Source: Patescibacteria group bacterium
Lineage (GTDB): Bacteria; Patescibacteriota; Microgenomatia; UBA12405
Direction: 5' to 3'
Length of the DNA: 64,000 nt
NCBI GenBank assembly: GCA_018902845.1
Contig: JAHIPV010000017.1
Location: 16,438 to 80,437, forward strand
This document shows positions 54,839-63,040 of this stretch, in pieces (position 1 is the stretch's first letter; every line of letters begins with the position of its first letter). The notes under the pieces are model-generated. The model was not told where the DNA came from. It searched no databases and saw only the letters and a list, made by a program, of their open reading frames with translations. The position numbers and the translations under genes were made by a program.

Positions 54839-55879
54839 ATGCCTTCTCAATTATATTCCAACCAAGATATTGCCAACATTCTTCAAGATATTGCCACTGC
54901 CTACCAAATCAAAAAGAAAAACAAATTTCGCATTACCGCCTACCAAAACGCATCCGAAAGTGTCAGAGTTTACCCAAAAAATGTCCAAAAACTATGGCAA
55001 AAAGACAAAAAACTTCTAGACGAAATTCCCGATATTGGACCAGCCATACTAAAAAAACTCGACTATCTTTTTAACTATCATAAACTTCACCCTCATATCA
55101 TCAAAGCCTTTAAAAACATCCACCCAGCTACTTTTATTTTTACTCAAATCAACGGCATAGGACCAAAAACAGCCCACAAGCTTACTCAAAAATTCAAATT
55201 CCCAAAAAACCCAATCAAGGCCTTAAAAAAACTTATTTACTACGCTCAAAAAGAAAAAATACGTAATTTGGATAAATTCGGCCAAAAATCAGAACAATTA
55301 ATACTAGCCAACACCCAAGACTTTTTAAGCAGACAAAAACAAATGACTTACAAAAAAGCCTCAAAAATATCAAAACAAATAATCGGATATCTAAAAAAAG
55401 AATTTCCCCAAACAGAATTTTACCCATTAGGAAGTCTCCGTCGCCAATCAAAAAAAATAGGGGATATAGACATCGCCGCCAAAAGCAACAAAAAACAACA
55501 AATCTTAAACACCTTTGTTAAATATCCAAAAAGCTTAAAAACCATTTATAAAGGAAACAAAAAAGCATCAATAAAACTTGCCCACGACATCCATATCGAT
55601 CTTATGGTTCAACCTCCCCAAAAATTCGGTTCTCTCCTTCAGCATTTCACCGGATCACGACAACACAACATTCTTCTTCGACGTTATGCTCTAAAACTCG
55701 GTTACAGCCTTTCTGAATATGGAATTAAAAACCTAAAAACTGGTAAAGTTTATTCTTTCAATGATGAAAAAAAATTTTATAACTTCCTAAAACTAGACTA
55801 TATAGAAGCCAAAAACAGAGTCGGAAAAGATGAAATAGAATCAGCCAAAAAAAATTACAACAAATGTTATACTAAATAA
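54839..55879 (+). CDS. Family X (Pol beta-like) DNA polymerase core without a PHP domain
   Basis: HhH motifs ('IPDIGPAILKKL', 'INGIGPKTAHKL') and the nucleotidyltransferase motif 'GSLRRQSKKIGDIDIAA'. 346 aa. Confidence 0.6.
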   Translation: MPSQLYSNQDIANILQDIATAYQIKKKNKFRITAYQNASESVRVYPKNVQKLWQKDKKLLDEIPDIGPAILKKLDYLFNYHKLHPHIIKAFKNIHPATFIFTQINGIGPKTAHKLTQKFKFPKNPIKALKKLIYYAQKEKIRNLDKFGQKSEQLILANTQDFLSRQKQMTYKKASKISKQIIGYLKKEFPQTEFYPLGSLRRQSKKIGDIDIAAKSNKKQQILNTFVKYPKSLKTIYKGNKKASIKLAHDIHIDLMVQPPQKFGSLLQHFTGSRQHNILLRRYALKLGYSLSEYGIKNLKTGKVYSFNDEKKFYNFLKLDYIEAKNRVGKDEIESAKKNYNKCYTK

Positions 55880-55900
55880 CTTATTAATTACTAAAAAACC

Positions 55901-56470
55901 ATGATCATTTCACTTATTGTAATTGCCGTCATAATCCTTTACGTTGTTAGTTTCTACAACAAATTAAGAACAACAAAGGTCAGAATAAAAGCCTCCATCC
56001 AAGAGATCGGCAATCAACTCAAAAGGCAATCTTCTTTAATACCCAACCTTGTCAGCTCTGTTAAAGGCTTTATGAAACAAGAAAAAGGTATTTTTAAAGA
56101 TCTAACCGATGCCCGCAAACTTATAGAAACCAACAATCTCAAAAATCTGGATAAGTCACAGGACTTAATAAATAAAGCGCTAAATTCTATAAAAGTAATC
56201 GTTGAAAGCAATCCTGAGATAAAATCACAAGAGCTGGTTTCCAACCTAATGAACGAACTTAGGGACACAGCAGACAAGCTCATGTATTCCCGAAGAACAC
56301 TAATAGATCTTAGTGCTGATTACAACACCGCTATTTCGGTAATCCCAGGAATTTGGTTTGCTTCCATTTTTGGTTTCAAAGAAGAGAAAGGTCTGGAAAC
56401 ACCAACTTCGGGTCAACATCTGTCAGTCTCTGCCACCGACAATCAAACCCCAGAAGTCAAACTAAATTAG
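55901..56470 (+). CDS. lemA: LemA-family membrane protein
   Basis: N-terminal TM and 'RIKASIQEIGNQLKRQSSLIPNLVSSVKGFMKQEKGIFKDLTDAR'. Confidence 0.7.
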   Translation: MIISLIVIAVIILYVVSFYNKLRTTKVRIKASIQEIGNQLKRQSSLIPNLVSSVKGFMKQEKGIFKDLTDARKLIETNNLKNLDKSQDLINKALNSIKVIVESNPEIKSQELVSNLMNELRDTADKLMYSRRTLIDLSADYNTAISVIPGIWFASIFGFKEEKGLETPTSGQHLSVSATDNQTPEVKLN

Positions 56471-56471
56471 A

Positions 56472-57350
56472 ATGCAAAACATCTACGAGCAAGTCCAGCA
56501 AAATAAGTTCAAATCTAATCTGGTTGTTTTTCTTTTCATAGCTTTTATTGTTTTATTAGCCTACGCCTTATCTTTTACCTTTAACCTGGATAGTTCGTTT
56601 CTAGCTTTTGCAATTCTTTTTTCGTGCTTATCAGGATTAGTTAGCTTCTTTTACGGAGACAAAATCGTCCTAAAACTAAACAACGCCCACCTGGCCGATA
56701 GAAAAAATTACTTTAATTACTACACCGCCGTAGAAAACCTAAGCATCGCCAATCAAACTCCAATGCCAAAAATCTATATCATAGACAATCCCTCTCCAAA
56801 CGCTTTTGCCACCGGTAGAGATCCCAGTCACGCTGTAGTTTGTGTAACTACGGGATTACTGGAAAAACTCAACAAAAGTGAAATTGAAGCAGTAATAGCC
56901 CACGAACTATCACACATAAAAAACTACGACATTCGCCTTATGATGATAATTAGTATGCTTGTTGGCTCTCTATCGATCTTAATCAGAAATATATCTAGAA
57001 ACAGCCTTCACAAAAATCGTGAAAATGATCGCAATTCAGGTCCTCTGGCCATTTTAGGCTTTATATTAATCATTTTTGCCCCAATTATTGCCAAACTAAT
57101 TCAGTTAACTATTTCTCGTCGTCGCGAATTCTTAGCCGACGCTTCCGCAATCAAATTAACTCGTCAACCCCAAAGTTTAATAGACGCTCTTATAAAAATT
57201 TCTTCTGATCCAAATATTATAGAAACAGCATCCACCGCCACCGCCTCTCTTTATATCAGCAATCCTTTCAAAAACAACAAATTCGCTTCTATGTTTTCTA
57301 CCCACCCTCCCATAAAACAAAGGATCCAAGCCCTGCAACAAATGCTCTAA
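56472..57350 (+). CDS. htpX: M48-family zinc metalloprotease HtpX
   Basis: Four TM helices. 'AFATGRDPSHAVVCVTTGLL' and 'HELSHIKNYD' (HEXXH). Confidence 0.8.
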   Translation: MQNIYEQVQQNKFKSNLVVFLFIAFIVLLAYALSFTFNLDSSFLAFAILFSCLSGLVSFFYGDKIVLKLNNAHLADRKNYFNYYTAVENLSIANQTPMPKIYIIDNPSPNAFATGRDPSHAVVCVTTGLLEKLNKSEIEAVIAHELSHIKNYDIRLMMIISMLVGSLSILIRNISRNSLHKNRENDRNSGPLAILGFILIIFAPIIAKLIQLTISRRREFLADASAIKLTRQPQSLIDALIKISSDPNIIETASTATASLYISNPFKNNKFASMFSTHPPIKQRIQALQQML

Positions 57351-57366
57351 TTTTCAACTATCTAAA

Positions 57367-57570
57367 ATGTCAGAAAATAAAAACAAACTACAGCGCCTCC
57401 AAAAAGAACTAAAAAAATATCAAACCAAATTAACCCAAATGCAAAAAGATTGGGCTAAATCAAAAGTCGGCAGTCGTTATGGCGACAAATACCTAGAAAC
57501 TCAAATCAAAGTCTACGACTCCATGATTCAACAAATACAACAAGAGATTTTAAATCTAAAACAAAAATAG
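57367..57570 (+). CDS. Small coiled-coil protein, hypothetical
   Basis: 67 aa, Lys/Gln-rich heptads. Confidence 0.3.
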   Translation: MSENKNKLQRLQKELKKYQTKLTQMQKDWAKSKVGSRYGDKYLETQIKVYDSMIQQIQQEILNLKQK

Positions 57571-57778
57571 TCTTTATCCGACTTTTTAAATTTTTTCTTT
57601 TTCATAAATCATAAATCAGTTTTTAATTTTAATTCTTATGTTTTATTCATAAATCATGAATCATACTTCATAAATCAATTTTATTCTTAATTTTTATCTT
57701 TATACAATTCCCGCAAAAAATTTTTTTGACCCACTTCCTCTCATTGTAAATTGTGAATTGAAAATTGAGAATTGAACA

Positions 57779-60700
57779 ATGTCTAATTTTGTCCATCTTC
57801 ATGTTCATACAGAGTATTCCCTTCTTGACGGCCTGATAAAAATAAAAAACCTAGTTAACACTGTCAAAGAAATGGAAATGAATTCCATCGCTATCACCGA
57901 CCACGGTGTCATGTATGGCTGTATCGAGTTTTACAAAACTTGCAAAAAAAACAATCTCAACCCCATAATCGGCTGTGAAATGTACGTAGCCCCACTGGGC
58001 CGAAAAACCAAAACCAATGCCAACAGAAAAAATCACCACCTCATTCTTCTGGCTCAAAACCAACAAGGCTACAAAAACTTAATGAAACTGGTCAGCCTGT
58101 CTCATTCTGAAGGCTTCTATTATAAACCTCGTATTGACTGGGAACTCCTGGAAAAATATTACAAAGGCTTAATATGCACCAGCGCCTGTATCGAAGGTGA
58201 AGTAGCTCGCCATATCCTCGAAAAAAATTACGATTTGGCCAAAAAAACCGCCATCCAATACCAACAACTTTTTAACAAAAATTACTATTTAGAAATACAA
58301 AAACACCCAAAACTTAAAAATCAGGATATTGCAAACATTGAACTGATCAAACTCAGCCGCCAACTCGGAATTCCCCTGGTTGCCACCAATGATGCTCACT
58401 ACCTAAAAAAAGAAGACGCCTTTGCACAGGATGTTTTATTGATGATCAATACCCAAAAAACTGTCAACGACAAAAACCGGCTAACTATGATGGACAGTCC
58501 TGATTTCTACATTAAATCTCCACAAGAAACAAAAAAACAATTTTCCGATTTTCCTGATGCTATAAAAAATACTCAAAAAATTGCCGATCAATGCAAATTA
58601 AACATAGAAATAGGTAAATGGTATTTTCCTAACTTCAAAATTAAAAAAAACGAAACTATCCAATCTCAATTAAAAAAAGAAACTTACCGGTCAGCTAAAA
58701 AACATTACGGAAAATCACTTTCCCAAGAAATAAAAAACCGCCTAGATTACGAACTAGATCTGATTTGCTCCAAAGGCTATGCCGCTTACTTCCTTATCAT
58801 GAAAAATTTTATTGATTGGGCCGAAAAACACGACACTATCGTCAACACCAGAGGCTCTGCCGCCGGTTCATTGGTATCTTTTGTTCTTGGCATCACTTCT
58901 GTTGATCCGCTTATTTATCAGCTCCCATTTGAAAGATTTTTGAACAAAGACCGCCCCAGCCCTCCAGATATTGACCTAGATGTCTCAGACGATAAACGTC
59001 AAAAAATGCTTTATCACATCATGGACCAATATGGCATCGAATCAGTAGCTCAAGTTTGTACTTTTGGAAGAATGCTGGCCCGCTCATCAGTTAGAGATAC
59101 CACCAGAGTTCTCGGTTACGAATACACCATCGGTGACAAAATTGCCAAACTTATCCCCTTAGGATCACAAGGTTTTCCTATGTCTATCGATAAAGCTTTA
59201 AACATCAATCCTGACCTAGAACAAATATATAATTCTGATCCTGATTCAAAAAAAATTCTTGATACAGCCAAAAAAATTGAAGGCTCTGCCCGCCACGTCA
59301 GTGTTCATGCTTGTGCCTTGGTTATTTCACCCACTACCGTAAACGACTTTGCCCCCACTCAAATTGAATCAGGGGGAGACAAAATAATCACCCAATACGA
59401 AATGCACGCCATTGAAGACGTCGGTTTAATCAAGTTCGACATACTTGGTATCCGTAACTTATCCATTCTCGGTAACGCCATAATCAATGTTCGAAAAACC
59501 AAAAATATCAAAATACATTTAAGAAAAATTCCACTGGATGACAAAAAAACCTTTGACATGCTCACCAAAGGAAACACCATGGGAGTTTTCCAACTCGGTG
59601 GAGGCGGTATGACCAAGTGGATAAAAGAACTCAAACCAGAAAGAGTTGAAGACATAATGGCCATGGTAGCCCTTTATCGCCCTGGTCCGATGGCAATTAT
59701 CCCTGAATACATCGCCAGAAAAAATGATCCAAAAAAAATCAGCTACATAGATCCCCGCATGGAAAAATTTTTGGAAAAATCATACGGACTTTTGGTTTAC
59801 CAGGACGACTGCCTTTACACTGCCATCAATTTAGCAGGCTATAACTGGGTAGAAGCCGATAAATTTAGAAAAGCCATTGGTAAAAAAATCCCCGAAGAAA
59901 TGGAAAAACAAAAAAATAAGTTTATTAAAGGCTGTGTAAAAAATGGACTAAACAAATCTAAAGCAAAAAAAATCTTTGAGCTCATCGAACCATTTGTTGG
60001 TTATGGTTTTAACAAAGCTCACGCCTGTGCCTATGGCATGTTAGCCTACCGCACCGCCTACATGAAAGCCAACTATCCGGTCGAATACATGTGTGCCCTA
60101 CTAACCGCCGAAGCCGAAGATCTGGATAAGGTAAGCACGGGGGTAGAAGAATGCCGTAAAATGGGAATTATTATAAGTCCACCCAATATCAACAAATCAA
60201 TCAGTGGATTTGAAATAGAAAGCAATAAACAATCTCTTCAAAAAATGGCCATTCGATTTGGACTTAATGCCATCAAAAATGTCGGCAAGGCTGCTCTGGA
60301 AAACATACTGGAAGAACGCAAAAATAACGGAGAATTTAAAAGTTTTAATGATTTTTGTTTAAGAGTAGATAATCAAAAAGTAAACAAAAAAGTTCTGGAA
60401 AGTCTTGTTAAGGTTGGTGCCATGGATCAATTTGGACCCAGGAACACCATACTTCAAAACCTTGACCAAATAAGACAAAACTGTCAAAAAATAAAAGATA
60501 CCCATAACTCCGGCCAATTTAGTCTGTTTGATAATTCCAAAAATAAAAGCCATAACCCCATAGCTCCACCGGATGAATTTAAAGACACAAAAACTTTGTC
60601 CGAAAAAGAAAAACTGGCCCTTGAAAAAGAATTAATTGGTATTTACATTTCTGAAAACCCAATAAAAAAACTATTGGATCAATATCAATCCTTTTCTAGC

Positions 60701-61201
60701 CAAAAAATAATAAAAATTATAGAAAAACCTAATTTTAATCAAAAAATTAAACTGGCCGTTATTATAAATCGAAACAAAATAATAAGAACCAGAAAAAATA
60801 ATTCTCAAATGGCCTTTGTCACAATCGAAGATGAAACGGCCAAGATAGAGGCCATTGTTTTTCCCAAAACTTTTGAACAATACAAAGACCTGATCATCGA
60901 AGACAAAATAATATTGGTGGAAGGTAAACTGAACGAAAGAAACGAAGAAATCTCGCTAATCATAGAAACAATTACAAACGAAATAAAAGATATAAAACAA
61001 GAGTTCGACTTCACCATAACTATCCCTCCAGGCACTTCTCAAAGCCAGTTAATGAAACTAAACAAATTACTAAAAAACAATCCCAATGGCAACAAAGGAC
61101 TGATAATCATGCCTAACGGTAAAAACATTCCTATAAGTTATGGAATCAATTACAACAAAATATTACAACAAGAAATAGACAAAATCCTAAATATAAACTA
61201 A
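57779..61201 (+). CDS. dnaE: DNA polymerase III alpha subunit
   Basis: PHP domain start 'FVHLHVHTEYSLLDG', polymerase core, HhH, and C-terminal OB fold. Intact 1140-aa ORF. Confidence 0.9.
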   Translation: MSNFVHLHVHTEYSLLDGLIKIKNLVNTVKEMEMNSIAITDHGVMYGCIEFYKTCKKNNLNPIIGCEMYVAPLGRKTKTNANRKNHHLILLAQNQQGYKNLMKLVSLSHSEGFYYKPRIDWELLEKYYKGLICTSACIEGEVARHILEKNYDLAKKTAIQYQQLFNKNYYLEIQKHPKLKNQDIANIELIKLSRQLGIPLVATNDAHYLKKEDAFAQDVLLMINTQKTVNDKNRLTMMDSPDFYIKSPQETKKQFSDFPDAIKNTQKIADQCKLNIEIGKWYFPNFKIKKNETIQSQLKKETYRSAKKHYGKSLSQEIKNRLDYELDLICSKGYAAYFLIMKNFIDWAEKHDTIVNTRGSAAGSLVSFVLGITSVDPLIYQLPFERFLNKDRPSPPDIDLDVSDDKRQKMLYHIMDQYGIESVAQVCTFGRMLARSSVRDTTRVLGYEYTIGDKIAKLIPLGSQGFPMSIDKALNINPDLEQIYNSDPDSKKILDTAKKIEGSARHVSVHACALVISPTTVNDFAPTQIESGGDKIITQYEMHAIEDVGLIKFDILGIRNLSILGNAIINVRKTKNIKIHLRKIPLDDKKTFDMLTKGNTMGVFQLGGGGMTKWIKELKPERVEDIMAMVALYRPGPMAIIPEYIARKNDPKKISYIDPRMEKFLEKSYGLLVYQDDCLYTAINLAGYNWVEADKFRKAIGKKIPEEMEKQKNKFIKGCVKNGLNKSKAKKIFELIEPFVGYGFNKAHACAYGMLAYRTAYMKANYPVEYMCALLTAEAEDLDKVSTGVEECRKMGIIISPPNINKSISGFEIESNKQSLQKMAIRFGLNAIKNVGKAALENILEERKNNGEFKSFNDFCLRVDNQKVNKKVLESLVKVGAMDQFGPRNTILQNLDQIRQNCQKIKDTHNSGQFSLFDNSKNKSHNPIAPPDEFKDTKTLSEKEKLALEKELIGIYISENPIKKLLDQYQSFSSQKIIKIIEKPNFNQKIKLAVIINRNKIIRTRKNNSQMAFVTIEDETAKIEAIVFPKTFEQYKDLIIEDKIILVEGKLNERNEEISLIIETITNEIKDIKQEFDFTITIPPGTSQSQLMKLNKLLKNNPNGNKGLIIMPNGKNIPISYGINYNKILQQEIDKILNIN

Positions 61202-61258
61202 AATACCCTTCAGACATCACCCTGTCACAACGGAGTCCTGTCAAAAACATACAACATC

Positions 61259-61320
61259 CGTCATCCTGAGCATAGCGAAGGATCCCCTCGGGATTCTTCA
61301 TTTCATTCAGAATGACGACA
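61259..61320. repeat. Repeat-family member with imperfect terminal inverted ends (CGTCATCCTGAG...GAATGACGACA)
   Basis: Read directly. The internal hairpin 'GAAGGATCCCCTCGGGATTCTTC' is imperfect. Lies between dnaE and rplS. Confidence 0.55.
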
Positions 61321-61363
61321 TTAATTTAAAAATTAGAAATTAAAAATTAGAAATTTCAAGTCT

Positions 61364-61747
61364 ATGTCATTAACAATCACACACAACAAAAAAAAGTTTT
61401 CAGTAGGAGACAGCATTCGCGTCAACTACAAAATCAAAGAAAAATCATCTAAAGGGAAACAAACGACAGCACAGTCATCCGCAGGAGGGCAAGAGACAGC
61501 ACAACCACCCGCAGGGGGAAAAGAAAGAATCCAAGCTTTCGAAGGAGTTTTAATTGCCATAAAGGGTCAAAAAGACGACAGAACCTTTACGGTACTAAAA
61601 ATAGCCGGTGACGCAGTCAGAATAGAAAGAATTTTTCCATTGGCTTCCCCTTGGATTGATAGCATCGAAAAATTAAGAAATCCAAAGCGCAAAATCCGTC
61701 GAAGCAAATTATATTATCTTCGCAATCCTCGCGCCAGAAAATTATAA
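61364..61747 (+). CDS. rplS: 50S ribosomal protein L19, with an internal low-complexity insertion
   Basis: 'RIQAFEGVLIAIKG...TFTVLKIAGDAVRIERIFPLASPWIDSIE...RRSKLYYLR' is the L19 core. The insert 'KQTTAQSSAGGQETAQPPAGGKE' is encoded by a direct repeat at about 61466-61517. Confidence 0.85.
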   Translation: MSLTITHNKKKFSVGDSIRVNYKIKEKSSKGKQTTAQSSAGGQETAQPPAGGKERIQAFEGVLIAIKGQKDDRTFTVLKIAGDAVRIERIFPLASPWIDSIEKLRNPKRKIRRSKLYYLRNPRARKL

Positions 61748-61765
61748 ATACAATAGCTAATATTT

Positions 61766-61803
61766 GTCATTGCGAGCGAAGCGTGGCAATCCCATCGGAA
61801 ATA
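61766..61803. repeat. Short-form repeat element, twin of 12522-12559
   Basis: 'TGTCATTGCGAGCGAAGCGTGGCAATCCCATCGGAAAT'. Confidence 0.8.
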
Positions 61804-61911
61804 TAAAAATTAATAAAAATTTTAAATATAATCTTTTTTTAAATAAGTTTGTAATTTGTAATATTGATTATTGTAATTTCAAAATTTTAAATTATATTTA
61901 AAATTTTGCTC

Positions 61912-61984
61912 GGGTCCTTAGCTCAGTTGGTAGAGCACCTGCCTTTTAAGCAGAGGGTCGGGGGTTCGATTCCCTCAGGGCCCA
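61912..61984 (+). tRNA. tRNA-Lys (anticodon TTT). Coordinates +/-2.
   Basis: Acceptor GGGTCCT/AGGGCCC (one G-U pair), D-arm GCTC-AGTTGGTA-GAGC, anticodon stem CCTGC/GCAGA with loop CTTTTAA, T-arm GGGGG-TTCGATT-CCCTC. Confidence 0.85.
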
Positions 61985-61993
61985 CAAACATTT

Positions 61994-62713
61994 ATGAGTC
62001 TTTATGGCCTTATTATCGGCATCACAATTATAATTGGAATTAATTATTTCCAAAAATACAATTCTCAACTCTCGGCCAACAAACAAAACAAATTGATTAT
62101 TGGTACGTTGATTTCAGCCATCCTAGGCGCCAGGATTTATCATGTTCTTGACCTCCACTCTTACTACTCCCAAAATCCAATTCAAATATTAAACTTTCCT
62201 GCCGGTGGTCTAGGAATTTTTGGTGCTTTTTTATCAGCAACTTTCTATATATATATCTTTTGTAGAAAAAACAAAATAAATTTTTTTAAATTAATAAACA
62301 GTTTTATTACGATTATTCCTCTTTGCCAATCAATTGGTCGCTGGGCAAACTTTATTAATCAGGAAGGATGGGGGATTGCCACAAATTCTTTTCTTGGTCA
62401 AATCTTTTCTCCAAAAGGTTTTCACCCTGTCTGGTTCTACGAATCCATTCTAAACCTCTGTCTATTCCTACTCTTATCCTGCCATAAATATGTACGTCAT
62501 TCTGAGTCCGATCAATCGGACGAAGAATCCCACAAAAACCAAACCGCTTTTTATCTGATCGGTTACGGCTCCATTCGCTTTTTCTTAGAATTCCTCCGCA
62601 CCGACACCTGGCAAATAAACTCAATCAAAATCGGCCAAATTCTAAGTGTTCTCTTTATCCTCACAGGCATTTTCCTGATTACCAAAAACCACAAAAACCA
62701 CCGCCCATCTTAA
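61994..62713 (+). CDS. lgt: Prolipoprotein diacylglyceryl transferase
   Basis: Lgt signature 'GRWANFINQEGWG'. Polytopic membrane protein. Starts 10 nt after tRNA-Lys. Confidence 0.8.
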   Translation: MSLYGLIIGITIIIGINYFQKYNSQLSANKQNKLIIGTLISAILGARIYHVLDLHSYYSQNPIQILNFPAGGLGIFGAFLSATFYIYIFCRKNKINFFKLINSFITIIPLCQSIGRWANFINQEGWGIATNSFLGQIFSPKGFHPVWFYESILNLCLFLLLSCHKYVRHSESDQSDEESHKNQTAFYLIGYGSIRFFLEFLRTDTWQINSIKIGQILSVLFILTGIFLITKNHKNHRPS

Positions 62714-62943
62714 CCACGCATTCCTGCCATCGCTCTCATATCCATAATCAACTCCAACCCCGCTTCTCCCAACAATCTAGTTCGTTGTGATCTTTCTCGT
62801 GCTCTTAAATCAGCCAAAGCAACACCAGCTTCACTATCAGTACCATAAATCAATCTGTTTCTTGCTTGTTCAGATAACGTGGCAACCTGCTTTTCATCTA
62901 TTCCATTAAATTTATCTTTAAAATACTCTGGTATCAATCCCAT
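62710..62943 (-). CDS. Hypothetical small protein (locally GC-richer). Could be non-coding.
   Basis: ORF only: 'MGLIPEYFKDKFNGIDEKQVATLSEQARNRLIYGTDSEAGVALADLRARE...'. No motif recognised. Confidence 0.2.
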   Translation of the reverse strand: MGLIPEYFKDKFNGIDEKQVATLSEQARNRLIYGTDSEAGVALADLRARERSQRTRLLGEAGLELIMDMRAMAGMRG

Positions 62944-63040
62944 ATTACTAATTATAATATAAAAAACACAATTTCAAATCACCAACTGGCAAAGCCTAAA
63001 AAATTCCTTTAGAATTAAATTAATAAAAAATAATTCTAAA

